Positions 1-12,454 of a DNA stretch of 64,000 nucleotides are shown piece by piece. The stretch covers positions 448,001 through 512,000 of the forward strand of contig CAWFKH010000001.1 in the NCBI GenBank assembly GCA_963816355.1, written 5' to 3'. Numbering within the stretch: the first letter of the stretch is position 1; every line of letters starts with the position of its first letter. The stretch comes from an uncultured Gemmatimonadales bacterium. GTDB taxonomy: Bacteria; Gemmatimonadota; Gemmatimonadetes; Longimicrobiales; RSA9. Below the pieces are notes generated by a model. That model searched no databases and was not told the DNA's origin. It was given only the letters and a program-made list of their open reading frames with translations. Both the position numbers and the translations under genes were made by a program.

Positions 1-336
1 CGGCAGGCGGCAGCCGTGGCGCTCGCGCACGACTTTCGCGGCGCGGTGGAGGTTGCGGGCGCGGGAGTAGTAGCCGAGGCCCTCCCACAGGCGGAGCACG
101 TCGGTTTCGGCGGCGGCGGCGAGGGCGCGGACGTCCGGGAAGCGGGCGGTCCAGCGTTCGTAGTACGGGATCACGGTCTCCACGCGCGTCTGCTGGAGCA
201 TGATTTCGGAGACCCACACGCGGTACGGGTCGGCGTCGCGGCGCCACGGCAGGTCGCGCCGCCGCTCGTCGAAGAAGCGGAGGAGGCGCCGTCGGAAGGC
301 GGCGCGATCGAAGTCCTCGCGGTCAGGGAGCACCAT
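1..336 (-). CDS. mutY: A/G-specific adenine DNA glycosylase, N-terminal part (runs off the window start)
   Basis: Not in the ORF track. Manual minus-strand translation from CAT 334-336 gives MVLPDREDF...RDLPWRRDADPYRVWVSEIMLQQTRVETVIPYYERW...WEGLGYYSRARNLH, the MutY signature. Confidence 0.95.
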   Translation of the reverse strand, partial: MVLPDREDFDRAAFRRRLLRFFDERRRDLPWRRDADPYRVWVSEIMLQQTRVETVIPYYERWTARFPDVRALAAAAETDVLRLWEGLGYYSRARNLHRAAKVVRERHGCRLP

Positions 337-1621
337 GCGTTTCACGACCTACGGCAAGTACAAGGGATCTCTCCTCGACGCGCTGAACCTGCAGGACCTG
401 CTCGACCGGCTGAGCGACTTCCTGCTGCAGAGCGGCTTCGCCGGCGGTCCGCATTACCACCCCTGGTGGGGCTGGTCCGGCGACGAGGACGACCGCTCCG
501 TCGACGCGTTGAAGGAGGCGCTGCTGCGCGCGCTGATCGAGAGCGGCCAGCTCACGCCGGAGATGCTAAGCGAGCTGCGCGGTGAAGGCGAGGGGGACGA
601 GGAGGTGCGGCAGCAGATCGCGCAGCTCCTCGACGAGCTGGTGCAGCGCCTGGTGGACGAAGGCTACCTCAACCTGACGCAGGCGCCGCAGATGCCCGGC
701 CCGCACGAGATGATGCCGGGCGCCGGCAAGGTGGACGAGGGCGCCGAGGCGGCGCGCCAGGTCGAGTTCAACCTGACGTCGAAGGGGATGGACTTCCTCG
801 GCTACCGCACGCTGCGCCACCTGCTGGCGGGGCTCGGCCAGTCCTCTTTCGGCAGCCACGAGACGACGCGCCTTGCCACCGGCGTCGAGGCGGAGGCGGC
901 GTCGCGGCCCTACGAGTTCGGCGACACCCTCAACCTCGACATCCCCGCCACGCTGACCAACGCGTTGAAGCGGGAGGGGATCGGCGTCCCCATCGACCTC
1001 GACTACCCGGACCTGATGGTGCACCAGTCCGAGTACCGCAGCTCGTGCGCGACCGTGCTCATGCTGGACGTCTCGCACTCCATGATCCTCTACGGCGAGG
1101 ACCGCTTCACGCCCGCGAAGAAGGTCGCGCTGGCGCTGTCGCACCTCGTGCGCACGCAGTACCCCGGCGATGCCCTGCGCGTCGTCACGTTCGGCGACCG
1201 CGCCGAAGAAATCCCGCTCTCGCAGCTCGCGCACGCGCAGGTGGGGCCGTACCACACCAACACCGCCGAGGGGCTCAAGCTGGCGCAGCGGCTCCTCGCC
1301 GCGCAGAAGAAGGAGATGCGCCAGATCATCATGATCACCGACGGCAAGCCGTCCGCGACCACGATGCCGGACGGCAACGTGTACAAGAACTCCGCCGGCC
1401 TCGATCCGCTGGTGCTGCGCGAGACGTTCCACGAAGTCGCGAAGTGCCGCAAGGCGGCGATCCCGATCAACACGTTCATGCTCGCGCGCGACCCGGCGCT
1501 CGTCGCGTTCGTCGGGCGCGTGTGCGAGATCAGCCGGGGGCGCGCCTACTTCACCACGACCCTGACGTTGGGGCAGTATATTATGCGGGATTTCCTGCGG
1601 AGGCGGACGAAGAAGATGTAG
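335..1621 (+). CDS. VWA domain-containing protein
   Basis: MIDAS motif DVSHS, plus TNTAEG and ITDG motifs; ATG at 335 preceded by GGGAG. The ORF-track extension to 200 is the antisense of mutY. Confidence 0.85.
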   Translation: MRFTTYGKYKGSLLDALNLQDLLDRLSDFLLQSGFAGGPHYHPWWGWSGDEDDRSVDALKEALLRALIESGQLTPEMLSELRGEGEGDEEVRQQIAQLLDELVQRLVDEGYLNLTQAPQMPGPHEMMPGAGKVDEGAEAARQVEFNLTSKGMDFLGYRTLRHLLAGLGQSSFGSHETTRLATGVEAEAASRPYEFGDTLNLDIPATLTNALKREGIGVPIDLDYPDLMVHQSEYRSSCATVLMLDVSHSMILYGEDRFTPAKKVALALSHLVRTQYPGDALRVVTFGDRAEEIPLSQLAHAQVGPYHTNTAEGLKLAQRLLAAQKKEMRQIIMITDGKPSATTMPDGNVYKNSAGLDPLVLRETFHEVAKCRKAAIPINTFMLARDPALVAFVGRVCEISRGRAYFTTTLTLGQYIMRDFLRRRTKKM

Positions 1622-1655
1622 GTGGGTGGGGTCGGCGATCGGGTTGTATTGGAGC

Positions 1656-1751
1656 GGTCTGGGGTCTGGGGAGGGGGTCTGCGGGGGGTCGGGGGGGTCG
1701 GGGTCTGGGGGGGTCTGGGGGTCTGGGGTCTGGGGTCTGGGGTCTGGGGGG
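1656..1751 (+). repeat. Intergenic G-rich tandem repeat, core GGGGTCT
   Basis: About a dozen imperfect G(3-8)TC(T) units read directly. Confidence 0.9.
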
Positions 1752-1877
1752 ACGCTTCCTGGGGCGGTTGCGGTGGGGTGCGGGCCGCCGTATGATCGCA
1801 CGCGGTCGGAAACGCCCGTGCGATGGCGACTTCCGGGCTCTCCGGCCGGAGACCCTACTCTTTCCCGACAATCCGGA

Positions 1878-4688
1878 ATGCATCGAATCGCAAGGATCTT
1901 CCTCGCGCTTGCGACGCTCGCCGTGGCCGCGGTGCCCGCGGCGGCGCAGAAGGCGTCCCCGCAGGCGTCGCGCAGGGCGTCCAGCGCCGCGGGGGGCGCG
2001 TTGGGGGGCGCGCTCACCTCGGAGCTGATCGACGCGGTGAAGGCGCGCCCGATCGGTCCCGCGAACCAGGCGGGGCGGGTGACGTCGATCGCGGTGCCGG
2101 ACACGGCGGGCCACAAGACGATCTACATCGGCTACGCGACGGGCGGCGTGTGGAAGACGGCGGACGCGGGGATCACGTGGCGTCCGATCTTCGAGGACCA
2201 GCCGTTCGCCGCGGTGGCGGACGTGGCGGTCGCGCCGTCGGACTCGAAGGTGGTGTGGGTGGGCACGGGCGAGCGCAACTCGCTGCGCTCGCAGGGGTGG
2301 GGGAACGGCGTCTACAGGTCGACGAACGGCGGCTCGAGCTGGGAGCACGTGGGGCTGGAGGAGACGCGCGAGATCGGCCGCATCGCGATCGACCCGCGCA
2401 ACCCGGGCGTCGTCTACGTCGCGGCGCTCGGCCACCTGTGGGGGACGAACCCGGAGCGCGGCGTCTACAAGACGACGGACGCCGGGAAGACGTGGAAGAA
2501 GGTCCTCTTCGTGGACGACACGACCGGCTTCGTCGACGTGCGGCTGAAGCCGGACGACCCGGACGTCGTCTACGCGGCGGGGTGGCACCGGCTGCGCTGG
2601 GGCGGCGGCCACATGGAGGGTGCGGGCGCGGGCAGCGGCATCTGGAAGTCGACGGACGCGGGCGCGACGTGGACCCGGCTGACGGATCCGAAGCTGGGCA
2701 ACGGCCTGCCGACGCGCGCGCTCGGGCGCATCGGGCTTGCGGTGACGCCGGCTGCGCCGAACGTCGTCTACGCCGTCATCCAGGCGGCAGAGTCGGCGAC
2801 GGACCCGTCGATCAGCCCGCACGGCGGCCTCTTCCGCAGCGACGATGCGGGCGCGAGCTGGAAGCGCGTCAACGACATCAGCGCGATCCCGGACTACTAC
2901 TACAACGAGGTGTGGGTCGACCCCTCGAACGCGGACCGCCTGTGGCTCGGCGCGACGGTGCTCGGCTACTCCGAGGATGGCGGCGTCACGATCGAGTCGG
3001 TGCGGCCGGGCAAGATCCACGTCGACAACCACGCGCTCTGGATCGATCCGGCGGATCCGCAGCACCTCCTGCTGGGCAACGACGGCGGCCTGCACACCAG
3101 CTTCGACGGCGGCCACGCGTGGTGGCACCACACCATGCCGGCGGGCCAGTTCTACGAGGCGTCGATCGACAGCGCGCGAACGCCGTACCGCGTGTGCGGC
3201 GGCCTGCAGGACAACGGCGTCTGGTGCGGCCCCAGCCGCACGCGGGAGCGCGAGGGGGTCACCGAGCGCGACTGGGTCACGATTTTCGGCGGCGACGGCA
3301 TGGTCTCCCACGTCTCGCCGGACAGCGCGGACATCGCCTACGCGGAGTACCAGTTCGGCACGATCCACCGCCTGAACCTGGCGACCGGCGAGTCGGTCAA
3401 CCTGCAGCCGCACGCCGAGGACGCCGGACGCGAGAGCGGCTACGAGTTCCGCTGGGGCTGGACCACCCCGTTCATCCTCTCCCACTTCGACCCGACGGTG
3501 CTCTACCTGGGCGGCAACCATCTCTTCCGCCTGACGCACCGCGGCGACGACTGGGAGATCGTCTCGCCGGACATGACGCGCCAGAGCCGCGCCGCGCCGG
3601 AGCCGATCGAGGGTGCCACCTCCTACGGCGTGATCCACTCCATCGCGCAGTCGCCGCTCGACCGGAACACGCTGTGGACCGGCTCCGACGACGGCCTGCT
3701 CTGGCTCACCACGGACGGCGGCGCGCACTGGCAGAACCTCACGGATCGGATCCCCGATCCCGCCGTACGACGCTGCTTCGTCGCCGAGATCGACGCGTCC
3801 GTCCACGACCGCGGAACGGCCTACGTCGCCTACGACTGCCACCGCCGCGACGACTACGCGCCGCACGTCTACGAGACGCGCGACGGCGGCCGCACCTTCC
3901 GCCGCGTCGACGCCGGCCTGCCGCCGGACGCCGGCAGCTACGTAGTGCGCCAGGACCACGTGAATCCGGACCTGCTCTACGTGGGCGACGAGCGCGGCGT
4001 CTACGTCTCCAACGACCGCGGCGCGCGCTGGGTGCGGCTGCAGAGCGGGTTGCCGACGGTGCCCGTGCGTGACCTCGAGTTCGGACCGGGCGGCCACGAG
4101 CTCGTGATCCCCACCTTCGGCCGCAGCGTCTACATCCTGGAAATCGGCCCGCTGCAGGAGATGTCCGACTCGACGCTGTCGCAGCCCGCGCACCTCTTCC
4201 CCGTCCAGGATGCGCGGCTCTACCGCCAGATCGATACTTACGCCTCCTTCGGCGACACGTACTACACCGCGCCGAACCCGCCGCAGGGCGCCGAGATCAC
4301 GTACTACCTGAAGGCCGACGAGGGGAAGGACGTCTCGCTGACGATCCGGCACGCCGCGGAAGCGGCGGACACGGGTGCCGCGGACGCGGCCACGCGCGGC
4401 GAAGCGGCCGGCGGCGCCGCGGCGCGCGGCGGTGCGGCCCGCCGTGGCGGTGACGACGTCGTGCGCACGCTCACCGGCTCGGGCCGCCCCGGGACGCACC
4501 GCCTCGTCTGGGACCTGCAGGCGAGCCAGCCGCTCGGCCACGTGCTCGGCGGCCCCGCCTCGCCGCAGGAGCAGCGCCGCGTGCGGCCCGGCCGCTATTC
4601 CGTGACGCTGAAGGCGGGCGGCCGCACGATGACCCGGACGTTCAGGGTCGAGGAGGGCTGGTACGGGGCGGGAAGCGGAGACCGCTGA
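1878..4688 (+). CDS. Secreted VPS10/BNR-repeat beta-propeller protein (glycosyl hydrolase-like)
   Basis: Signal peptide MHRIARIFLALATLAVAAVPAAAQ; many SxDxGxTW Asp-box repeats; RPIGPANQAGRV start; GGLQDNG motif. Confidence 0.85.
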   Translation: MHRIARIFLALATLAVAAVPAAAQKASPQASRRASSAAGGALGGALTSELIDAVKARPIGPANQAGRVTSIAVPDTAGHKTIYIGYATGGVWKTADAGITWRPIFEDQPFAAVADVAVAPSDSKVVWVGTGERNSLRSQGWGNGVYRSTNGGSSWEHVGLEETREIGRIAIDPRNPGVVYVAALGHLWGTNPERGVYKTTDAGKTWKKVLFVDDTTGFVDVRLKPDDPDVVYAAGWHRLRWGGGHMEGAGAGSGIWKSTDAGATWTRLTDPKLGNGLPTRALGRIGLAVTPAAPNVVYAVIQAAESATDPSISPHGGLFRSDDAGASWKRVNDISAIPDYYYNEVWVDPSNADRLWLGATVLGYSEDGGVTIESVRPGKIHVDNHALWIDPADPQHLLLGNDGGLHTSFDGGHAWWHHTMPAGQFYEASIDSARTPYRVCGGLQDNGVWCGPSRTREREGVTERDWVTIFGGDGMVSHVSPDSADIAYAEYQFGTIHRLNLATGESVNLQPHAEDAGRESGYEFRWGWTTPFILSHFDPTVLYLGGNHLFRLTHRGDDWEIVSPDMTRQSRAAPEPIEGATSYGVIHSIAQSPLDRNTLWTGSDDGLLWLTTDGGAHWQNLTDRIPDPAVRRCFVAEIDASVHDRGTAYVAYDCHRRDDYAPHVYETRDGGRTFRRVDAGLPPDAGSYVVRQDHVNPDLLYVGDERGVYVSNDRGARWVRLQSGLPTVPVRDLEFGPGGHELVIPTFGRSVYILEIGPLQEMSDSTLSQPAHLFPVQDARLYRQIDTYASFGDTYYTAPNPPQGAEITYYLKADEGKDVSLTIRHAAEAADTGAADAATRGEAAGGAAARGGAARRGGDDVVRTLTGSGRPGTHRLVWDLQASQPLGHVLGGPASPQEQRRVRPGRYSVTLKAGGRTMTRTFRVEEGWYGAGSGDR

Positions 4689-4777
4689 GCGCTCCGCCGC
4701 CGCTCCGGCGGGCCGCCCCGGCGACCCGTCCAGGAATCGCAACACACGGCACGCTACCTAGGGAAAGGAGAATCCCC

Positions 4778-7959
<3,182 letters not shown>

Positions 7960-7963
<4 letters not shown>

Positions 7964-9006
7964 GCACAGGCGCGGCGCGCGGGCCGGTCCTGCTCGTCTT
8001 CGTCGACGGCGTCGGCATCGGCGACGACGACGCGGCGCATAACCCGCTCGCCGCCGCGACGCTGCCGGTGCTCCGCCGGCTCGTGGGCGGGGCCCCCGCG
8101 CGGCCGGATGCGACCCCGCCGCAGGGCACGCCGCCGCCGGCGCCGACGCTCGGGAGCGCAGACCCGGCCGCCGCTCCCGCCGGCGTCCACCCGCCGGTCG
8201 GCGTCCTGCGCCGCACCGCGCACGCCACCCTGCTCGGCCTCGATGCGACGCTGGGCCTGAACGGCCTGCCGCAGAGCGGGACCGGCCAGGCGAGCCTCCT
8301 CACCGGCCTCAACGGCGCCGCGATCTTCGGACGGCATGCGGGGCCCTGGGTGCCCACCGTGCTGCGCCCGATCGTGCGTGGCGAGAGCGTGCTCGCACGC
8401 GCGGCGGCCGGCGGCCGCCACGTCGCCCTCGCCAACGCGTATCCGGAGGAGCTGCTGGCGGGCGGCCGCGCACGGGGGCCGCTCCTGCGCGCGGGGCCAC
8501 CCCTCGCGGCGCTCGGCGCGGGCGTCCTGAGCCGCCACACGGAAGCGCTGCGGCGCGGCGACGCGGTGGCGAGCGACATCGTCAACGCCGGCTGGAAGGA
8601 GCGGCTCGGCCGCGACGACCTGCCGGAGCCCACGCCGGCCGAGGCGGGACGCAACCTCGCGGCGATCGCGGCACGCCACGACCTCACCCTCTTTGCCCAT
8701 TACACCACCGACCTGGCGGGACACCGTGGCGGGCTCGCCGCCGGCGTCGCGGCGATCGAGCGCGTCGACGCCTTCCTCGGCGGCGTCGTGGAAGCGCTGC
8801 CGCCGGATGCGCTCCTCGTGATGGCGAGCGACCACGGAAACCTCGAGGACACGCGGGCGCAGCACACGCGCAATCCGGCGTTGGGACTCGTGGCGGGCCC
8901 GGGCCACGACGTGTTCGCCGAGCGGCTGCGCTCGATCACGGACATCGCGCCGGCGCTGCTGGAGCGGCTGGGCGTGGGCATGGGCGGCACCCGGCCGGGA
9001 TCGTGA
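7960..9006 (+). CDS. Alkaline-phosphatase-superfamily metalloenzyme (iPGM/phosphopentomutase-like)
   Basis: VLLVFVDGVGIG, PQSGTGQ, DLAGH, SDHGN and HTRNP motifs. The first motif lies upstream of the track start (8068), so the start is probably CTG 7960. Confidence 0.8.
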
Positions 9007-9053
9007 CGCGTGCGGCCCTGGACGCGTCGAGCGAACCCGCCCGACCGAGGCCG

Positions 9054-9815
9054 CTACACTTCCCGGCGGCGCACCGCGACCCCCGCCAGCACCAGCAGCA
9101 CGCTGCCCCAGCCGGCGGCGTAGAGGAACGCGTCCCACGGGATCGGCGCGACCGCGCCGAAGGCCGACTCGAGCCGCAGCAGCGCGCCCTGCGGCGGCAG
9201 CACCAGGCCGATGAAGCGACGCGGTCCGGGCGGGACCGCCACGCCGCCGCCGAGCGCCGCGTTCCACACCAGCGCGAGCGCGGCGAGGAAGAGCGCGATC
9301 CACGCGTCGCCGCGCGTCCACACCGAGAGCAGCGCGGTGAGTCCGCCGTACACGAGGACCTCGGCGGTGATCAGCACGAGCGTCGCAGGGCCGGCCCACG
9401 TCCCGAGCATCAGCAGGTCGAAGGCGGGCATGAAGAGCGCGCTCAGCGCGACGGCGAGGAGGAGTAGCGCGGCGAGGCGCGTGCCGTAGAGGGCGAGCGG
9501 GGACACCGGCCGCGTGAGGTAGAGGCGGGCGTATCCGCGCTCGCAGTCGCGACTGAAGAGGCCGGCGGTGAGGACGAGCGTGGCGATCATCGGATAGCGG
9601 CCGAGCAGCCAGCCCAGCAGCAGCAGCACCGAAGCGAGCGGATAGCCGCCGACGGCGAAGAGGCGGCCGACCTCCACGCGCCCCTCCGGACCGACGAGGA
9701 AGAGGCGCGACGCGGCGCCCGCCGCGAGGAAGAGCGCGCCGAACGCGACGAGGCCGAGCAGCCGCGGGCGCGCGTCCCGCAGTGCCGGCAGCAGCAGCGC
9801 CGCCGCGCGCCTCAC
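9054..9815 (-). CDS. ABC-2-type transporter permease
   Basis: About 6 hydrophobic segments; RLYLTRPVS motif; ends RRREV; 4-nt overlap with the ABC ATPase. Confidence 0.7.
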   Translation of the reverse strand: MRRAAALLLPALRDARPRLLGLVAFGALFLAAGAASRLFLVGPEGRVEVGRLFAVGGYPLASVLLLLGWLLGRYPMIATLVLTAGLFSRDCERGYARLYLTRPVSPLALYGTRLAALLLLAVALSALFMPAFDLLMLGTWAGPATLVLITAEVLVYGGLTALLSVWTRGDAWIALFLAALALVWNAALGGGVAVPPGPRRFIGLVLPPQGALLRLESAFGAVAPIPWDAFLYAAGWGSVLLVLAGVAVRRREV

Positions 9816-10867
9816 ACCGCCTCCTCGCCCGGCGGCACCTCGCCGCCCGCCACGCCCTCACGTCCCGCTTCGCGTGCGCCGCGGCCGCCCGCCGCGCCGC
9901 CCTCCCCGGCGCCGCGCAGCGAGCGTCGGACCCGCTCCTCGAGACGCTCCGCGGCCGGCGTGACGGCGAAAACGGCCGCGCCGGCGGCGATCGCGGCGGC
10001 GAGGCGTTCGCTCAGGTCGCGCGCGTCGGCGGCATCGACTTCGAAGCGCCGGGCGTGCGCGTGCGACGCGCCGTCGGCCGGCCCCCTGTGCGTCGCGTCG
10101 AGCGGTCGCGCGCCGGGGAATGCGGCGAGGATGGCGGCGTCGCCGGCGTCGCCGCCGCGGACATCGACGCGCCAGCGGCCGCCGCGGGCGCCGGCGTCGG
10201 GAGCGAAGACGGCGCGCAGCTCGCCGTCCTCGAGGAGGACGACGCGGTGGGCGAGGCGCTCGACCTCGGCGAGGTCGTGGGAGGCGAGGAGGATGGTGCG
10301 GCGTTCGCGGGCGAGGCCGGCGATCCATTCGCGGAGCCGGATCCGCCAGAGCGGGTCGAGGCCCTGCGCGGGCTCGTCGAGGACGACGAGGTCCGGGCGG
10401 GCGAGGTCGGTCTGGGCGATGCCGAGGCGCTGCAGCGTGCCGCGCGAGAGGTCGCGCACGGCGCGGTCCGCGGCGTCGCGGAGGCCGAAGCGGTCGATGG
10501 CGTCGTCGGCCGCTGCGCGCGCCGCCGAGCCGCGCGCGCCGCCGAGCCGGGCGAGCGCGAGGAGCGCCGCGCGGACGTTCCAGCCGCCGGGGAGCTGGAA
10601 GCGCTCCGGCAGGTAGGCGGCGCCGCGTCGTCGGACGTAGCGCCGTGGGGAGAGGCCGTCGATGGTGACCTCGCCGCCGGTGGCGCGCAGGAAGCCGAGC
10701 ACGACGCCGAAGAGCGTGCTCTTGCCGGCGCCGTTCGGCCCCACGACGGCGGTGACGCCGCCGGCGGGCACGTCCAGCGTGACGCCGCGCAGCGCCTCCA
10801 CGCCGCCGCGCGTGCGCGCGACCCCTCCCCGGGTATATCGTTTGTCGACCGAGTGAAGCTGGATCAT
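9812..10867 (-). CDS. ABC transporter ATP-binding protein
   Basis: Walker A GPNGAGKST, signature LSRG, Walker B VVLDEP, H-loop SHDL. Confidence 0.92.
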   Translation of the reverse strand: MIQLHSVDKRYTRGGVARTRGGVEALRGVTLDVPAGGVTAVVGPNGAGKSTLFGVVLGFLRATGGEVTIDGLSPRRYVRRRGAAYLPERFQLPGGWNVRAALLALARLGGARGSAARAAADDAIDRFGLRDAADRAVRDLSRGTLQRLGIAQTDLARPDLVVLDEPAQGLDPLWRIRLREWIAGLARERRTILLASHDLAEVERLAHRVVLLEDGELRAVFAPDAGARGGRWRVDVRGGDAGDAAILAAFPGARPLDATHRGPADGASHAHARRFEVDAADARDLSERLAAAIAAGAAVFAVTPAAERLEERVRRSLRGAGEGGAAGGRGAREAGREGVAGGEVPPGEEAV

Positions 10868-10907
10868 CCCTGCACCGGCATGCATCGTGCGCGCCAGCCG
10901 CCGTCCG

Positions 10908-11735
10908 ATGGTCGAGAGCCCAGAGCCGGAGAGGCGGAGGAAACCCCGCGGTTACCTGAAGATCGCGGAGGACGGGCTGTTCCGCACGTTGCGGTTCATC
11001 GCCCGCCACGTCCAGGGTTTCTGGGCGGCGTTGCTCGCGTTCGTCTCGGTCGGCCTGATCGCGGGCGTGGTGGCGGCGTGGGCGTTCGTCCTGCTCGGCC
11101 AGGTCGTGCTCGGCGGCGCGACGCAGCGCTTCGACGAGCGCGTGCTGACGCTCATCGCGGCGCGCAGGACCGTGCTGCTCGACCACCTCGCGCTCGAGGC
11201 GACATCGCTCGGCAACGCCGGCGTCCTCGTCATGGTCGTGGCGGTGGCGTCCGTCTTCCTCTACATCTCGCGACACCACTACTCGGCGTACCTGTTGTGG
11301 ATCGCCGTCGCCGGGGAGGAGCTGATCAACGCGCTGCTGAAGGGCGTGTACGCGCGGCCGCGGCCGACGGTCGTGTCGATGGAGACGATGGTCATGTCGA
11401 AGTCGTTCCCCTCGGGGCACGCGATGGCGTCCGTCGTGGTCTACGGCGCGATCGCGCTGCTGGTGGGGCGGCTGGCGTCGAGCCGCACGCTGCGCCGCGC
11501 GACGTGGGCGTTGGCCGCGTTCGTCGTGGCGCTCGTCGGCGCGAGCCGCGTCTACCTCGGCGTGCACTATCCATCCGACGTCCTCGGCGGCTTCATCGCC
11601 GGCTTCGCCTGGATCACGATCGTCGCCTCCACGCTCGCGGCGCTGAAGTTCTTCGCGCCGCGCAACCCGGAGATCAGCGCCGAGGAGAAGGACCTGGACG
11701 CCGAGGAGCGCATGGAGGCGCGCGAGGCGGAATGA
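10908..11735 (+). CDS. PAP2-family membrane phosphatase
   Basis: KxxxxRPRP, SFPSGH and SRVYLGVHYPSDV motifs. Confidence 0.92.
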   Translation: MVESPEPERRRKPRGYLKIAEDGLFRTLRFIARHVQGFWAALLAFVSVGLIAGVVAAWAFVLLGQVVLGGATQRFDERVLTLIAARRTVLLDHLALEATSLGNAGVLVMVVAVASVFLYISRHHYSAYLLWIAVAGEELINALLKGVYARPRPTVVSMETMVMSKSFPSGHAMASVVVYGAIALLVGRLASSRTLRRATWALAAFVVALVGASRVYLGVHYPSDVLGGFIAGFAWITIVASTLAALKFFAPRNPEISAEEKDLDAEERMEAREAE

Positions 11736-12439
11736 CGGCGGCGCGGGAGTGGCGGCTCCTGCGCGAGGTGCTGGCGCGCGTGCCGTGGGGGGCGGTCGTG
11801 CTGGGGTGGGTGGGAGCCGCGTCGCTGGGCGGTGTGTTCGGGCTCCTGGTGATGCGACTCGGGTGGTGGCCGGAGGGTGCCGGCTGGGAGCGCCACACGC
11901 TCGTCCTCGTGCACGCGACCGTGCGGCCGTGGCTCGATCCGGTCTTTCTCTGGATCCCCTACGCCGGCACCAACTACACGCTGGTGCCGTTCATCGCCGC
12001 GGCCGCCGTCCTGCTCTGGCTGCGCGGCCACCGCTTTCCGGCCCTCCACCTCTTCATCATCCAGCTCGGCAGCTGGACGCTCAATCCCGCGCTCAAGTTC
12101 CTGCTCGATCGGCCGCGGCCGGACCTCTACCCGCTGCGTGGCCAGTTCGCCTTCCCCTCCTACCCCAGCGGCCACAGCATCGCGGTGACGTCGGTGCTCT
12201 TCACCGCCGCCTACGTCCAGTGGCGGGTGAGCGGCGCGCGCTGGGGCTTCGTCGTCGCGGCGATCGTGTTCCTGCTCAACCAGTACTCCCGCCTCTACCT
12301 CGCCGTCCACTACCCGACGGACATCATCGGCGGAATGCTCATCGGCGCCGTGTGGCTCGCGTCCGGCATCGCGATCTTCGGGCCGCGCTACGAACGGCGT
12401 CAGGCGCCCCATCGAGCCATGGATGCGCCCGCCGGCTGA
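11732..12439 (+). CDS. PAP2-family membrane phosphatase (second copy)
   Basis: KFLLDRPRP, YPSGH and SRLYLAVHYPTD motifs; ATGA overlap with the preceding gene. Confidence 0.9.
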   Translation: MTAAREWRLLREVLARVPWGAVVLGWVGAASLGGVFGLLVMRLGWWPEGAGWERHTLVLVHATVRPWLDPVFLWIPYAGTNYTLVPFIAAAAVLLWLRGHRFPALHLFIIQLGSWTLNPALKFLLDRPRPDLYPLRGQFAFPSYPSGHSIAVTSVLFTAAYVQWRVSGARWGFVVAAIVFLLNQYSRLYLAVHYPTDIIGGMLIGAVWLASGIAIFGPRYERRQAPHRAMDAPAG

Positions 12440-12454
12440 CGCCATCCTCCCCCC

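Noticed and set aside
16..585. Plus-strand 189-aa ORF
   Set aside because: Antisense to a clear mutY and overlapping the VWA gene out of frame.
1656..1751. CRISPR array
   Set aside because: 7-bp tandem units with no spacers and no cas genes.
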